A DNA stretch of 64,000 nt, from the NCBI GenBank assembly GCA_913057215.1, contig CAJXNQ010000006.1:5117-69116 (forward strand). Reading direction: 5' to 3'. This DNA comes from an uncultured Gammaproteobacteria bacterium. Its GTDB lineage: Bacteria; Pseudomonadota; Gammaproteobacteria; Pseudomonadales; Litorivicinaceae. The notes beneath the pieces were generated by a model. That model was not told where the DNA came from. It did not search any database and worked only from the letters and a program-made list of their open reading frames with translations. The position numbers and the translations under genes are program-made. The stretch's first letter is position 1, and each line of letters begins with the position of its first letter. Positions 40,932 through 49,891 of the stretch are shown in pieces.

Positions 40932-42110
40932 TTAAGCACCCTCAAACCGAATGATTTGGCGAATTGCGTCACCCCGAGCCAGTCGCTCCATCGCCAGATT
41001 GATGTCATCCAAAGCCAGCGTGTGTGAAATCATTTTTTCCACGGGTAAACGCCCCCTTTGATGCAAAGCAATAAAGTTCGGAATATCACGTGAAGGTACA
41101 CAGGATCCCACATAGGAACCCATTAACTGACGTTCCTCTGCAACTAAACGCGCAGCCTGTAATGACAGTCGGTCGCTTGGGTTGGGTAGCGCTGCCGTGA
41201 CCGTACGCCCTCCACGACGCGTCACCTCCATTGCCAATTCCAACGCTGGCATCACACCGGCAAATTCAGCCGCGAGCTCAACACCACCACCTGTGGCTTC
41301 TCGGACTTTGGCAATACAGGCATCATCACGCGCATCGAAAAAGAGGTCTGCGCCCAATTCATATGCGATGTCTGCTTTTTCGGGGTTGGCATCAATGGCA
41401 ATGACTTGGCGTGCCCCGCCTGCAACCGCACCGATAAGACCGGCCAAACCGACACCACCTAAGCCAATGACAGCGACACGCTCACCGGCGTGTAACTTGG
41501 CCGTGTTCAACACCGCTCCACATCCCGTGAGCACCGCACAGCCAAAGACCGCTTGGACAGTTGGGTCTAAATCCGAGTCAATGGGCACAAGACTGCGTCG
41601 GTGACAGACTGCCAAATCAGAAAAACATGAAATCCCAAGATGATGCAAAATCGGTGCACCATCGATCGAAATCCGTGTTTCGCCTGACAATAAAGTCCCC
41701 TCAGTATTGTGCTTCAAACCCGGCTCGCACAATGCAGGACGGCCCTCAGCACAACAACTGCAGTGACCGCATGATGGAACAAAAACCATTGAAACGCGCT
41801 GCCCGGGTTTCAGGTCTGAAACCTCAGACCCTGTGGTCACCACCTCGCCCACAGCCTCATGACCGAGCGCAATCGGCGTCGGACGCGGCCGATCTCCATT
41901 GATCACTGACAGATCCGAGTGGCACACACCGGCCGCTAAAATTTTGACCAATACTTCATGGCGGCCAGGTGCCTCGAGTTCCGCCTCCACCACATGCAGG
42001 GGCATCGACTGGTCATAGGGTCTTGGACGACCCATTTCCGGCAGCAATGCAATCCGAGTATTCACATCTGACTCCTCAATTGAACTGAGCGCCCCGTCCA
42101 TGGGAATCAT
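40932..42110 (-). CDS. Zinc-dependent alcohol dehydrogenase (class III-like MDR)
   Basis: GVCHSDL, GHEAVGEV, structural zinc cysteines CGHCSCC, and Rossmann motif VIGLGGVGL. Confidence 0.88.
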   Translation of the reverse strand: MIPMDGALSSIEESDVNTRIALLPEMGRPRPYDQSMPLHVVEAELEAPGRHEVLVKILAAGVCHSDLSVINGDRPRPTPIALGHEAVGEVVTTGSEVSDLKPGQRVSMVFVPSCGHCSCCAEGRPALCEPGLKHNTEGTLLSGETRISIDGAPILHHLGISCFSDLAVCHRRSLVPIDSDLDPTVQAVFGCAVLTGCGAVLNTAKLHAGERVAVIGLGGVGLAGLIGAVAGGARQVIAIDANPEKADIAYELGADLFFDARDDACIAKVREATGGGVELAAEFAGVMPALELAMEVTRRGGRTVTAALPNPSDRLSLQAARLVAEERQLMGSYVGSCVPSRDIPNFIALHQRGRLPVEKMISHTLALDDINLAMERLARGDAIRQIIRFEGA

Positions 42111-42112
42111 TT

Positions 42113-43021
42113 TTATTCATTCAACCGTGCCGACGTCCGAACCGCACGACGTCCCAAAAATACGGTAGTGACCACCAAAATAGCAAACACAACCACTGAT
42201 GCCGTGAAGGACTCATCTAAAATCAGCCATCCCCAAAAGAGCGTCAAAAACACCTGCAATAGCTGAACTTGACCAATCTGCGCAATGCCACCCATCGCAA
42301 GTGCCGCATTCCAGGCAAAAAAGCCCAAAAACATCGAAAATACCCCAAGTGCTACCACGGCATACAGAGCACTCTCAGGGCGCGCCCAAATAAAACCCGG
42401 CCAACTGATCCAACTCAATACAACACCGAGCGGCAATAAACCGATCAACGACCAAGAAATGACCCACCACCCGGGGCGACGACGTGACAGGTCACCCGCA
42501 ATCACGTAGCCCGACGAGGCCATCACAGCTGCCAACACCAACCACAGATCAGCCCACAGCACCTGTCCCTGGTGCTCGAAGAGTACAAAACACAGCACAA
42601 AAACAGCGCCAACAACTGACCACAGCCAAAACCGAAATGAAGGACGGTCGCCATGCAAAATCACCGAAAGCACCGCCGTGAGTAGGGGCAATACGCCCAA
42701 GACGACAGCCCCATGATAGGACGGAACATCTTCAAGACCCATGGCCATCGCCATGGGGAAGCCAAAAATCAACGCACTTCCACTGATGAATAACGGCCGC
42801 CATTCATGACGAGCCGGCCACGGGCGCCGCGTTAAAAAAACGACACACAGTGCCAAAATACCGGCAATCACCGCTCGGATCGATGTGATAAACAGTGGCG
42901 AGAAGTCTCGTAGTGCGATTTCAGTGAGCGGCAACGTGGCTGCAAAGCACAGCACACCAAACAACCCAAGCGCATACGCAATTGCATCGGTTGGCTTTAT
43001 CAACTTAGGTGGTAACCTCAT
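42113..43021 (-). CDS. DMT superfamily (EamA-like) transporter
   Basis: 302 aa, 10 TM helices in two EamA-type halves. Confidence 0.8.
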   Translation of the reverse strand: MRLPPKLIKPTDAIAYALGLFGVLCFAATLPLTEIALRDFSPLFITSIRAVIAGILALCVVFLTRRPWPARHEWRPLFISGSALIFGFPMAMAMGLEDVPSYHGAVVLGVLPLLTAVLSVILHGDRPSFRFWLWSVVGAVFVLCFVLFEHQGQVLWADLWLVLAAVMASSGYVIAGDLSRRRPGWWVISWSLIGLLPLGVVLSWISWPGFIWARPESALYAVVALGVFSMFLGFFAWNAALAMGGIAQIGQVQLLQVFLTLFWGWLILDESFTASVVVFAILVVTTVFLGRRAVRTSARLNE

Positions 43022-43052
43022 GCCCCTCCCGGGTCTCTATTCAGGATCTCAA

Positions 43053-43556
43053 ATGCAGACAATTCAAGAAATCAAAGCCGAAGACGCCGCACACTCGATC
43101 GAGGCAATCAATGCCGTTGTTGCCGACGCCATGAAACGCTGGGAATTGTCCGATCGATTGTATCGCTTGAGCCTCAAAGCCTATCAGTACACACCCTCTG
43201 ACTGGATAGACCATCGGTTCCATGCGTTATGTGATGATGACACACTCGTCGGCATCCTCGTGACAACCGACGCCCTGGATGATGATCTCACGCATCGCCC
43301 GAAGGGTCTTTTGATTCACGGTCTCTATGTTGTCCGACATCATCAAGGCCAGGGCGCAGGGGGTCAACTGATACATGCGGCACTGACACAGGCCAAGTCA
43401 CAGGGTGCTGATGGCTGTTTCGTCAAAGCCCATGAAACGGCCGTGTCTTTTTTTCAGCACCAGGGATTTGAATTGCTGCCTGTGCATGATCCTGTCCGCG
43501 ATTATCCTTATCGCTTGTTTCGGTCGGTGAATAATTCGCTTGGTTCGAGCAAGTAG
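43053..43556 (+). CDS. GNAT-family N-acetyltransferase
   Basis: Acetyl-CoA binding block VVRHHQGQGAGGQLIHAAL. I chose the ATG at 43053, with AGGA 6 nt upstream. Confidence 0.75.
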   Translation: MQTIQEIKAEDAAHSIEAINAVVADAMKRWELSDRLYRLSLKAYQYTPSDWIDHRFHALCDDDTLVGILVTTDALDDDLTHRPKGLLIHGLYVVRHHQGQGAGGQLIHAALTQAKSQGADGCFVKAHETAVSFFQHQGFELLPVHDPVRDYPYRLFRSVNNSLGSSK

Positions 43557-43867
43557 CCACCGCCATCAAAATACGGCCTCACTGCGGCATTTAACCGCTC
43601 GATTTCAGACCGGATACGCACCTCATCCTGGCGTGTAAAGGATCGCTCAGCGTCTTGTAAGTAGGCATTGGCTTCGGCTTCGAGTGCCTTCAAATCGGCT
43701 TCTGAAAATCGAGCCAGCTCCGCTTCAATCTGTGCTTGGATGGCTGCATTTTGTAATTCCAAAGCAGCCATTTCTGCGGCGATATCTGCTTCCCACCATG
43801 GGCGTTCAGCGGCACTGACTGTTGCACAAAATAGCAGAACAAGCGCACCATACTTCGGCATTTTCAA
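43508..43867 (-). CDS. Secreted coiled-coil-like hypothetical protein
   Basis: Signal peptide MKMPKYGALVLLFCATVSAA followed by an Ala/Glu-rich helical sequence. Confidence 0.45.
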   Translation of the reverse strand: MKMPKYGALVLLFCATVSAAERPWWEADIAAEMAALELQNAAIQAQIEAELARFSEADLKALEAEANAYLQDAERSFTRQDEVRIRSEIERLNAAVRPYFDGGGYLLEPSELFTDRNKR

Positions 43868-43888
43868 CCCTTATCATGGATACCTGCG

Positions 43889-44782
43889 ATGACACAGACC
43901 ATTGGTTTTATCGGACTTGGAACCATGGGACGCCCCATGGTGCAACATTTAATCAATCGGGGCCATCGCCTGAAACTTTACGCGCGCCGTCCCGAAGCCT
44001 TCCAGCAGGAGGCACGTCATTTGGTCGAACAAGGCGCGTTGGCGGTCTCAACGTTGGCGGATTTCGCAACCGACTGTGACGTCATCATCACCAATGTACT
44101 CGGCACCGCCGACGTACAATCCGTTCTGATCGACCATGCAGACGCCATCATCCACTCGGCATCGCCGGATACCTTGGTCATCGATCACTCCACCATCGAC
44201 CCAATTGCAACACAAGCGATCGCGCGTCAGTTTGCACAGGCACGCGTTCAATTCGTTGACGCCCCTGTGTCAGGCGGCGTGTGGGCGGCCGAGGCTGGAG
44301 AATTGGTCTCCATGCTCGGTGGGACCACCGCGGCATGCGAACACGCCGTCTCGATCATTTCAGCCTATACCAAAGCTCAAACCCGCGTCGGTGATGCCGG
44401 TCATGGACAGATCGCAAAGCTTGCCAATCAAATTGCACAAACCGTTACCATCCAAGGTGTGGCCGAATCGCTGACATTTGCGCGAACCATGGGTGCTGAT
44501 CCACAGGCTGTTTTTGAGGCCATCAAGGACGGTATGGGCGGGAGCCCCATGATGTCGCTACTGGCACCCAAAATGATTGCCGAAGACTATCAGGCCGGCA
44601 TTGCAGCAAGGCTCCACGCGAAGGATGCAGCCATTGCAGACGAGGCTGCGACACACGCTGGGCAAACATTGCCATGCCTTCAACAGGTCAGTGCACTGTA
44701 TGCAGAATTACTTGCAGCAGGCGACGGCGATGCCGACACCTCCAAATTGATTACTCGCTTGGCGTCGCGGTCCGTTGCATAA
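43889..44782 (+). CDS. NAD(P)-dependent 3-hydroxyisobutyrate/2-hydroxy-3-oxopropionate reductase family oxidoreductase
   Basis: IGFIGLGTMGRPM, DAPVSGG and KL.NQ blocks of the HIBADH family. Confidence 0.88.
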   Translation: MTQTIGFIGLGTMGRPMVQHLINRGHRLKLYARRPEAFQQEARHLVEQGALAVSTLADFATDCDVIITNVLGTADVQSVLIDHADAIIHSASPDTLVIDHSTIDPIATQAIARQFAQARVQFVDAPVSGGVWAAEAGELVSMLGGTTAACEHAVSIISAYTKAQTRVGDAGHGQIAKLANQIAQTVTIQGVAESLTFARTMGADPQAVFEAIKDGMGGSPMMSLLAPKMIAEDYQAGIAARLHAKDAAIADEAATHAGQTLPCLQQVSALYAELLAAGDGDADTSKLITRLASRSVA

Positions 44783-45494
44783 CAAAAGCGCGCTCCTGAA
44801 CAAACCCACCGGGTGCACGGTTGGTGCCGTGTGTAAATCCATCGGCTGTCAATCGATCTCGGAACTCCTGATTAAATTCAGGCGAACCACAAATCATGAT
44901 TCGGTCCTCAGAGACCGACCAGGGCGCTACACCCAGATCACTCCACAGAGCACCTGAGTCAATACGCGTCGTGATACGACCCGGGGTTGGAAAAGGCTCG
45001 CGCGTCACCGTTGGATAGTAGGTGATTGGCAATCCACTCAGCAGCTCGCGGTAGGCGAGCTCGTCTGCTGTCCGTACCGTGTGAGTGACAAAGACACGCT
45101 CATATTTTTGAAAAGTCGACGGATCGCGCACAATCGATAAAAATGGAGCCAGCCCCGTTCCACTGGCAACACACCACAGATTCGGGGCCTCTGTCAGGTT
45201 ATCCAAAACAAGTGTTCCGGTGGGTCGATCTCCGACTTCAATCTCATCACCGGGCTGGATGGCTTTCAACCGCTCTGTCAACGGACCACCTGGCACCTTG
45301 ATCGAGAGAAATTCCAGGTGATCTGCATCCGGTGGCGAGGCGATACTATAGGCACGCAGAATGTCATCATCACCCATGCCAATCATCGTGAACTGACCCG
45401 CACGAAACGGACGAATCGCGTCACTTCGCGTGGTTTTGAATGAAAAAAGCGACGGAGAGTAATGCTCAACACTGAGCACGGTTTCAAGATTCAT
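44751..45494 (-). CDS. fpr: Ferredoxin-NADP+ reductase
   Basis: 247 aa. RAYSIAS FAD-binding motif, GTGLAPF NADP motif, and bacterial Fpr length. Confidence 0.9.
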   Translation of the reverse strand: MNLETVLSVEHYSPSLFSFKTTRSDAIRPFRAGQFTMIGMGDDDILRAYSIASPPDADHLEFLSIKVPGGPLTERLKAIQPGDEIEVGDRPTGTLVLDNLTEAPNLWCVASGTGLAPFLSIVRDPSTFQKYERVFVTHTVRTADELAYRELLSGLPITYYPTVTREPFPTPGRITTRIDSGALWSDLGVAPWSVSEDRIMICGSPEFNQEFRDRLTADGFTHGTNRAPGGFVQERAFVMQRTATPSE

Positions 45495-45528
45495 GGATCA
45501 CCGATGATGCAATACAAACCGCCAGAGT

Positions 45529-45753
45529 CTACCCTGACAAGCGCTCTGCATCGAGTTCCAAAATAAAGGCTTCGGCAAGTCGGCTGCTGAAGCGACGCAT
45601 AAATGCCGCCTCTGTCAACTCAATGGCTGCCTCAGACAGCGCATGATCCGTGTCCATCCGCTCAAGACGATTGCTTTCAGCCAATCGGTAAATGACACCT
45701 GCCTCTGTCACCATCCACGGATCTTGATTGACATCGTAATATCGCATCGTCAT
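45529..45753 (-). CDS. Hypothetical protein (74 aa)
   Basis: Open frame only. Confidence 0.35.
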   Translation of the reverse strand: MTMRYYDVNQDPWMVTEAGVIYRLAESNRLERMDTDHALSEAAIELTEAAFMRRFSSRLAEAFILELDAERLSG

Positions 45754-45783
45754 TGTGTGCTTCCTCTCATTCCCGGATGAACC

Positions 45784-46377
45784 ATGGACACCATCGCAGT
45801 TGCCCTGACTCTGTTTTTGATCATTGACCCACTCGGCAATATTCCAATTTTTATGTCGGTGCTCTCGCCGGTCGATCCGTCTCGTCGTAAACGGATCATC
45901 GCACGGGAGTTACTCATTTCACTGTGTCTCATGTTGTTATTTTTATGGGCGGGATCTTACGCTTTAAATGCTCTGGACCTCTCGCCTGAGGCAGTCGCCA
46001 TCAGCGGCGGGCTCATTTTATTAATCATTGCCGTGCGGATGATCTTTCCATCCCGCGGCGGCGTAATGGGAGATGAGGAACCCAATGACGATCCCTTGAT
46101 TGTACCCCTGGCAACGCCACTGATTGCCGGACCCTCCATCCTCGCCACCCTGGTTTTATTGTCAGAAACCAATCCTGAACGGAATGTGGACTGGACCTTG
46201 GCGCTGATTGGCGCCTGGGGCATCAGCGCCATCATCTTGATGGCCTCAGATGTTCTGTTTCGAGTCATTGGAACCCGCGGCCTCAAAGCCATCGAGCGAC
46301 TGATGGGCATGATCTTGATCTCAATCGCGGTGCAAATGCTCTTGGATGCGTTCATGGCACTGCCTATACGGACCTGA
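45784..46377 (+). CDS. MarC (UPF0056) family membrane protein
   Basis: LFLIIDPLGNIPIF N-terminal motif, 6 TM helices, 197 aa. Confidence 0.85.
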   Translation: MDTIAVALTLFLIIDPLGNIPIFMSVLSPVDPSRRKRIIARELLISLCLMLLFLWAGSYALNALDLSPEAVAISGGLILLIIAVRMIFPSRGGVMGDEEPNDDPLIVPLATPLIAGPSILATLVLLSETNPERNVDWTLALIGAWGISAIILMASDVLFRVIGTRGLKAIERLMGMILISIAVQMLLDAFMALPIRT

Positions 46378-47083
46378 GTTCAGACATCAATGCGACTGGA
46401 TCATCGGTGAACACCGCATCAATCAAATCGGTATCAATACCCTCAAGCTCAGCCAGTGCGTTGACGGTATACACGCAGGCCGCACGCTGATTCTGGATAA
46501 TTCGCTGGAGCGCTGCATTCGATAATCCATCAACCGAAAGATGCACGCTTTCGATGCCCAACTGATCCCAGTCGAGATGTTCGATTTCAATCAGTTCATG
46601 GCAGGCAAGACCGAGCGAACTCTCTGGCATCTGAGCTCTTACGCGCTCAATTGCCGCGACCGAAAAGGAAGAAAATCGAACCTGCGCAAGCGTCAATTCG
46701 GACGCATGGAATGCATGCAAACAGGCATCCACGACGCGCCCCACCTCAGCATCATGGACCTTGATTTCACAGTGCAAGTAAAGCTCAAGACGTGCGACTT
46801 CGTTAAACCACTGAACTGCCGTCGGAATCCGCTCTGTACTTGGCGCACCGTTAAACCAAAGACGAAGGGATTCAAGCTCCGACGATGAGGTGGCGAGAAT
46901 TGCACGCGGGTCACCCGTCATGCGCGTCAAATATTCATCGTGAAAAACAACGGCTACACCATCCGATGCCACAGAAATGTCGCATTCAACCTGTTTAATA
47001 TTGTGAGACGCGACGTAGTGAAGCCCGGCAAGTGAATTCTCCGGTGCTTGAATGGCTGCGCCGCGATGGCCTATCAGTTGCAT
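46364..47083 (-). CDS. Glycerophosphodiester phosphodiesterase (GDPD) family protein
   Basis: LIGHRGAAIQAPENSL, ECDI, VFHD motifs. I chose the ATG at 47083, with GGGAGG 4 nt upstream. Confidence 0.8.
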   Translation of the reverse strand: MQLIGHRGAAIQAPENSLAGLHYVASHNIKQVECDISVASDGVAVVFHDEYLTRMTGDPRAILATSSSELESLRLWFNGAPSTERIPTAVQWFNEVARLELYLHCEIKVHDAEVGRVVDACLHAFHASELTLAQVRFSSFSVAAIERVRAQMPESSLGLACHELIEIEHLDWDQLGIESVHLSVDGLSNAALQRIIQNQRAACVYTVNALAELEGIDTDLIDAVFTDDPVALMSELRSV

Positions 47084-47115
47084 ACCGCCTCCCAATGAAA
47101 GGATGACACTGCAAT

Positions 47116-48162
47116 ATGACAAAACGTGTAACCGATCTGAGCCTACCATCTCAGGCGCTTCGACACGCTGCACTGGATGCACTGGATCAACATGCACCCT
47201 ATGCGCAGTGGCGATCGCAATTTGCGTGCTTGGACGAAATCCATCGAATCCCGGCCGACCACGAAGACAGTGCTCCAGACACACTGCATATCGGCGCCTG
47301 GAATCTCGAGCGCGGCACACATTGGCAGGATGCCTGCCAACTGATTCAAGCACTCGATTTGGATGTCCTCCTGCTCAGTGAAATGGACCTTGGCATGGCG
47401 CGTTCGCAGCAACAACATACAACCCGTCAGTTGGCCGATGCACTTGGTTTCCATGCCCTTTTTGCTGTTGAATTCATCGAACTTGAGTTGGGCAGTGAAT
47501 GGGAAGTTGCAGGACTTCAAGATGCACACAATGAGGCTGGATTGCACGGCAATGCCATTCTCAGCCGATATCCCTTGCATCAGCCTTGGATGATTCGATT
47601 TACCAATACAGATGGGTACTGGTGGCATCGAGACTTCCATGAACCACGCGCAGGCGGACGCATCGCCTTGGGTGCAGACATCATGACTGAGACAGGACCG
47701 CTGACTTGCATTTCAACGCATCTTGAAAATAACACCAGCCCGGCAGCGCGCGCCGTTCAGGTCTCAGAGATCCTCGCGCGCATCGAACCATTGGACACCG
47801 CCATCGTCCTCGGGGGTGATTTCAATACATCTACGATTGATCCGACCACCGCCACCGATCCATTTCGATTGAGGACTGAATTGATTGACCAAGACCCCAA
47901 TCGATTCCTTGCACCCTTTCCTCATGAGCCCCTCTTTGATCTGCTGGCTGCACATGGATTTTCACGCGGGACCGCCAATACGGCAGAAGTGACCCAACGC
48001 ATGCGTGAACGCGGCTACCCAAAACCACCTCTGGGTCGGATTGACTGGATCTTCAATCGCGCTTGTATGGCATTTGATGCGCAGTGCCACCCGGCACTAA
48101 ACGCGGCGCATCAAACGCTGTCAGATCATGAACTCATCACCTGTAGGATTCGTGTGGACTAG
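47116..48162 (+). CDS. Endonuclease/exonuclease/phosphatase (EEP) family protein
   Basis: WNLERG, LLSEMD, NAILSRYP, GGDFN and SDHELI are the conserved EEP catalytic blocks. Confidence 0.75.
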   Translation: MTKRVTDLSLPSQALRHAALDALDQHAPYAQWRSQFACLDEIHRIPADHEDSAPDTLHIGAWNLERGTHWQDACQLIQALDLDVLLLSEMDLGMARSQQQHTTRQLADALGFHALFAVEFIELELGSEWEVAGLQDAHNEAGLHGNAILSRYPLHQPWMIRFTNTDGYWWHRDFHEPRAGGRIALGADIMTETGPLTCISTHLENNTSPAARAVQVSEILARIEPLDTAIVLGGDFNTSTIDPTTATDPFRLRTELIDQDPNRFLAPFPHEPLFDLLAAHGFSRGTANTAEVTQRMRERGYPKPPLGRIDWIFNRACMAFDAQCHPALNAAHQTLSDHELITCRIRVD

Positions 48163-48548
48163 CTCTCAGACTCAGATTGCAATGCACACTGCCACACCGT
48201 CGTCACCATATCCCAATTCAGCTCAGGGTCGCCCTCGGCAAGCCGCCGGAGGGTCGCAGTCCGGAAGGTTGTCTCGCCCATCCGTCCAGAGAATTTGTCC
48301 AGATGAAAAAATCGTGAATACATGATGGCCACACGCTGCGTCGCCATTGTCAGAATCGAATCGGAATTCACGACTTTTAAAAGCGGATCCATCGTTCCCA
48401 AACGCGCATGCTCCCAGGCAACCGAGTTCTCGTCATTGACCGTGAACGTCAATTGTTCACGTTCTTGATCCGCATGCTCACAGATCCAGGTCTCTGCCGA
48501 CACTGAACTGGCCAATCCCACCAACAGACATCCAACGATTAATCGCAT
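48159..48548 (-). CDS. Secreted hypothetical protein (129 aa)
   Basis: Signal peptide MRLIVGCLLVGLASSVSA. I chose the ATG at 48548. Confidence 0.45.
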   Translation of the reverse strand: MRLIVGCLLVGLASSVSAETWICEHADQEREQLTFTVNDENSVAWEHARLGTMDPLLKVVNSDSILTMATQRVAIMYSRFFHLDKFSGRMGETTFRTATLRRLAEGDPELNWDMVTTVWQCALQSESES

Positions 48549-48722
48549 CGCATCATTCCTTTTTTTAATGGTCAAAGACCCTGATTCAATTGAAAATTTT
48601 TCTGTGGTCGTCTTGTTTCGACCATGCAGCGCTTGCACACTAACACGCACCCGTGCAGGATACTGTGACCAAGGTGGTAACCCAAGACATGGATCGTCAC
48701 TCAACCCGACTGGAGTTTAGTG

Positions 48723-48893
48723 ATGAGTACACAAGATTCAATTCCCGGCGTTCAGTATCCACACCAGATGTCCGAAGACGAATTCCGTACATGGTGGAAT
48801 TCCATTCACGCTGACGACGAGCCTGTGGTGCGCCCGCTCCCTGAGATCATTTATCTCGGCCAAGAATCCGCCACCGCATCTGAAGCTGAGTAA
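48723..48893 (+). CDS. Small acidic hypothetical protein (56 aa, below the ORF-track cutoff)
   Basis: ATG at 48723 preceded by GGAG 7 nt upstream. Translation read by hand: MSTQDSIPGVQYPHQMSEDEFRTWWNSIHADDEPVVRPLPEIIYLGQESATASEAE. Confidence 0.3.
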   Translation: MSTQDSIPGVQYPHQMSEDEFRTWWNSIHADDEPVVRPLPEIIYLGQESATASEAE

Positions 48894-48963
48894 AGACCGC
48901 GGCGGTTGGTTTTAAACCACGAGACCGCAGTCCTTTCTTGGGACCAGACATCGTGCCAACGCC

Positions 48964-49461
48964 TCACACCATCTGCTCGAGAACACAGCGGCGTGCTGTG
49001 TGGTAAGGCACCAGTGGTGTCCCCCTTGGCAAATACAACGGATGGCGAGGCTCACCGGACTGCGTCAACCCAAAACACAGTGGATCATCGACCATCGCAA
49101 CGACTTCGTCGCGATAGGCACACTGTAATCCCCCAGCACCCCAAGCAAGCACCACAGCGTCTGAAACAGACAGTGTGGACAACAGCACGTCACGGTTTCG
49201 CTTGGATAATCGCTGTCCCCGGCTTTGAAGTTGTTTCGGATAGGGGGTCGAAAATGGAATCAAATTCAACAACCAATATCCGCGGTACCCAGCGCTTTGC
49301 ATCAGATCAATCAACCGCCGGTTGGTTGGATCGTCATGATCCGAATCCGCACGTGATGGGTTCAGGCCAATAACCGCAGCCACCGGCCCAGCGTCCGCCC
49401 AAAATCGACCGAGTTTGTAGCGCCGACTCCCATCGGATGACCACTCACTGAGCCGCTTCAC
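48964..49461 (-). CDS. DUF1643 domain-containing protein
   Basis: YRY.L.R.W...GP.AAVIGLNPSRADSDHDDPTNRR fits the DUF1643 N-terminal pattern as I recall it. GTG start. Confidence 0.6.
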   Translation of the reverse strand: MKRLSEWSSDGSRRYKLGRFWADAGPVAAVIGLNPSRADSDHDDPTNRRLIDLMQSAGYRGYWLLNLIPFSTPYPKQLQSRGQRLSKRNRDVLLSTLSVSDAVVLAWGAGGLQCAYRDEVVAMVDDPLCFGLTQSGEPRHPLYLPRGTPLVPYHTARRCVLEQMV

Positions 49462-49465
49462 TCAT

Positions 49466-49891
49466 TCACACCTCAGCGATGAGACCCACAGCCTCAATGG
49501 CTTCCAGAGCCAATGCCTCGTCCTTGTCTGAGGTATCACCTGTCACCCCAACCGCCCCGATAATCTGCCCTGAGGTGTCTTTGATCAACACACCGCCAGG
49601 CACAGGCACCAAGGATCCTTGGCATAACGCATTCATGCTTTGAATGAAATAGGCTTGCGACTCTGCGCGCTCACCGAGTTTACGGCTACTGAGGCCCATC
49701 ATCACTGCACCATGGGCCTTCCCTTTGGCGAGCTCGACACGGATTGGCGATGCACCATCTTGGCGTTGTGCACTGATCACGGCACCCCCAGCGTCGACCA
49801 CCACAGCTGTCATGGGTTTGAGGTCATCCCGGCGATCGGCCGCCTCGATGATGTGATTGCACAATGCGTTTGCGGTATGGAGATTGAGCAT
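49466..49891 (-). CDS. GlcG/HbpS-like (DUF336) heme-binding protein
   Basis: VVVDAGGAVISAQRQDGA...KGKAHGAV...VPGGVLI...IGAVGVTGDTSDKDE is typical of GlcG. I chose the ATG at 49891. Confidence 0.8.
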   Translation of the reverse strand: MLNLHTANALCNHIIEAADRRDDLKPMTAVVVDAGGAVISAQRQDGASPIRVELAKGKAHGAVMMGLSSRKLGERAESQAYFIQSMNALCQGSLVPVPGGVLIKDTSGQIIGAVGVTGDTSDKDEALALEAIEAVGLIAEV

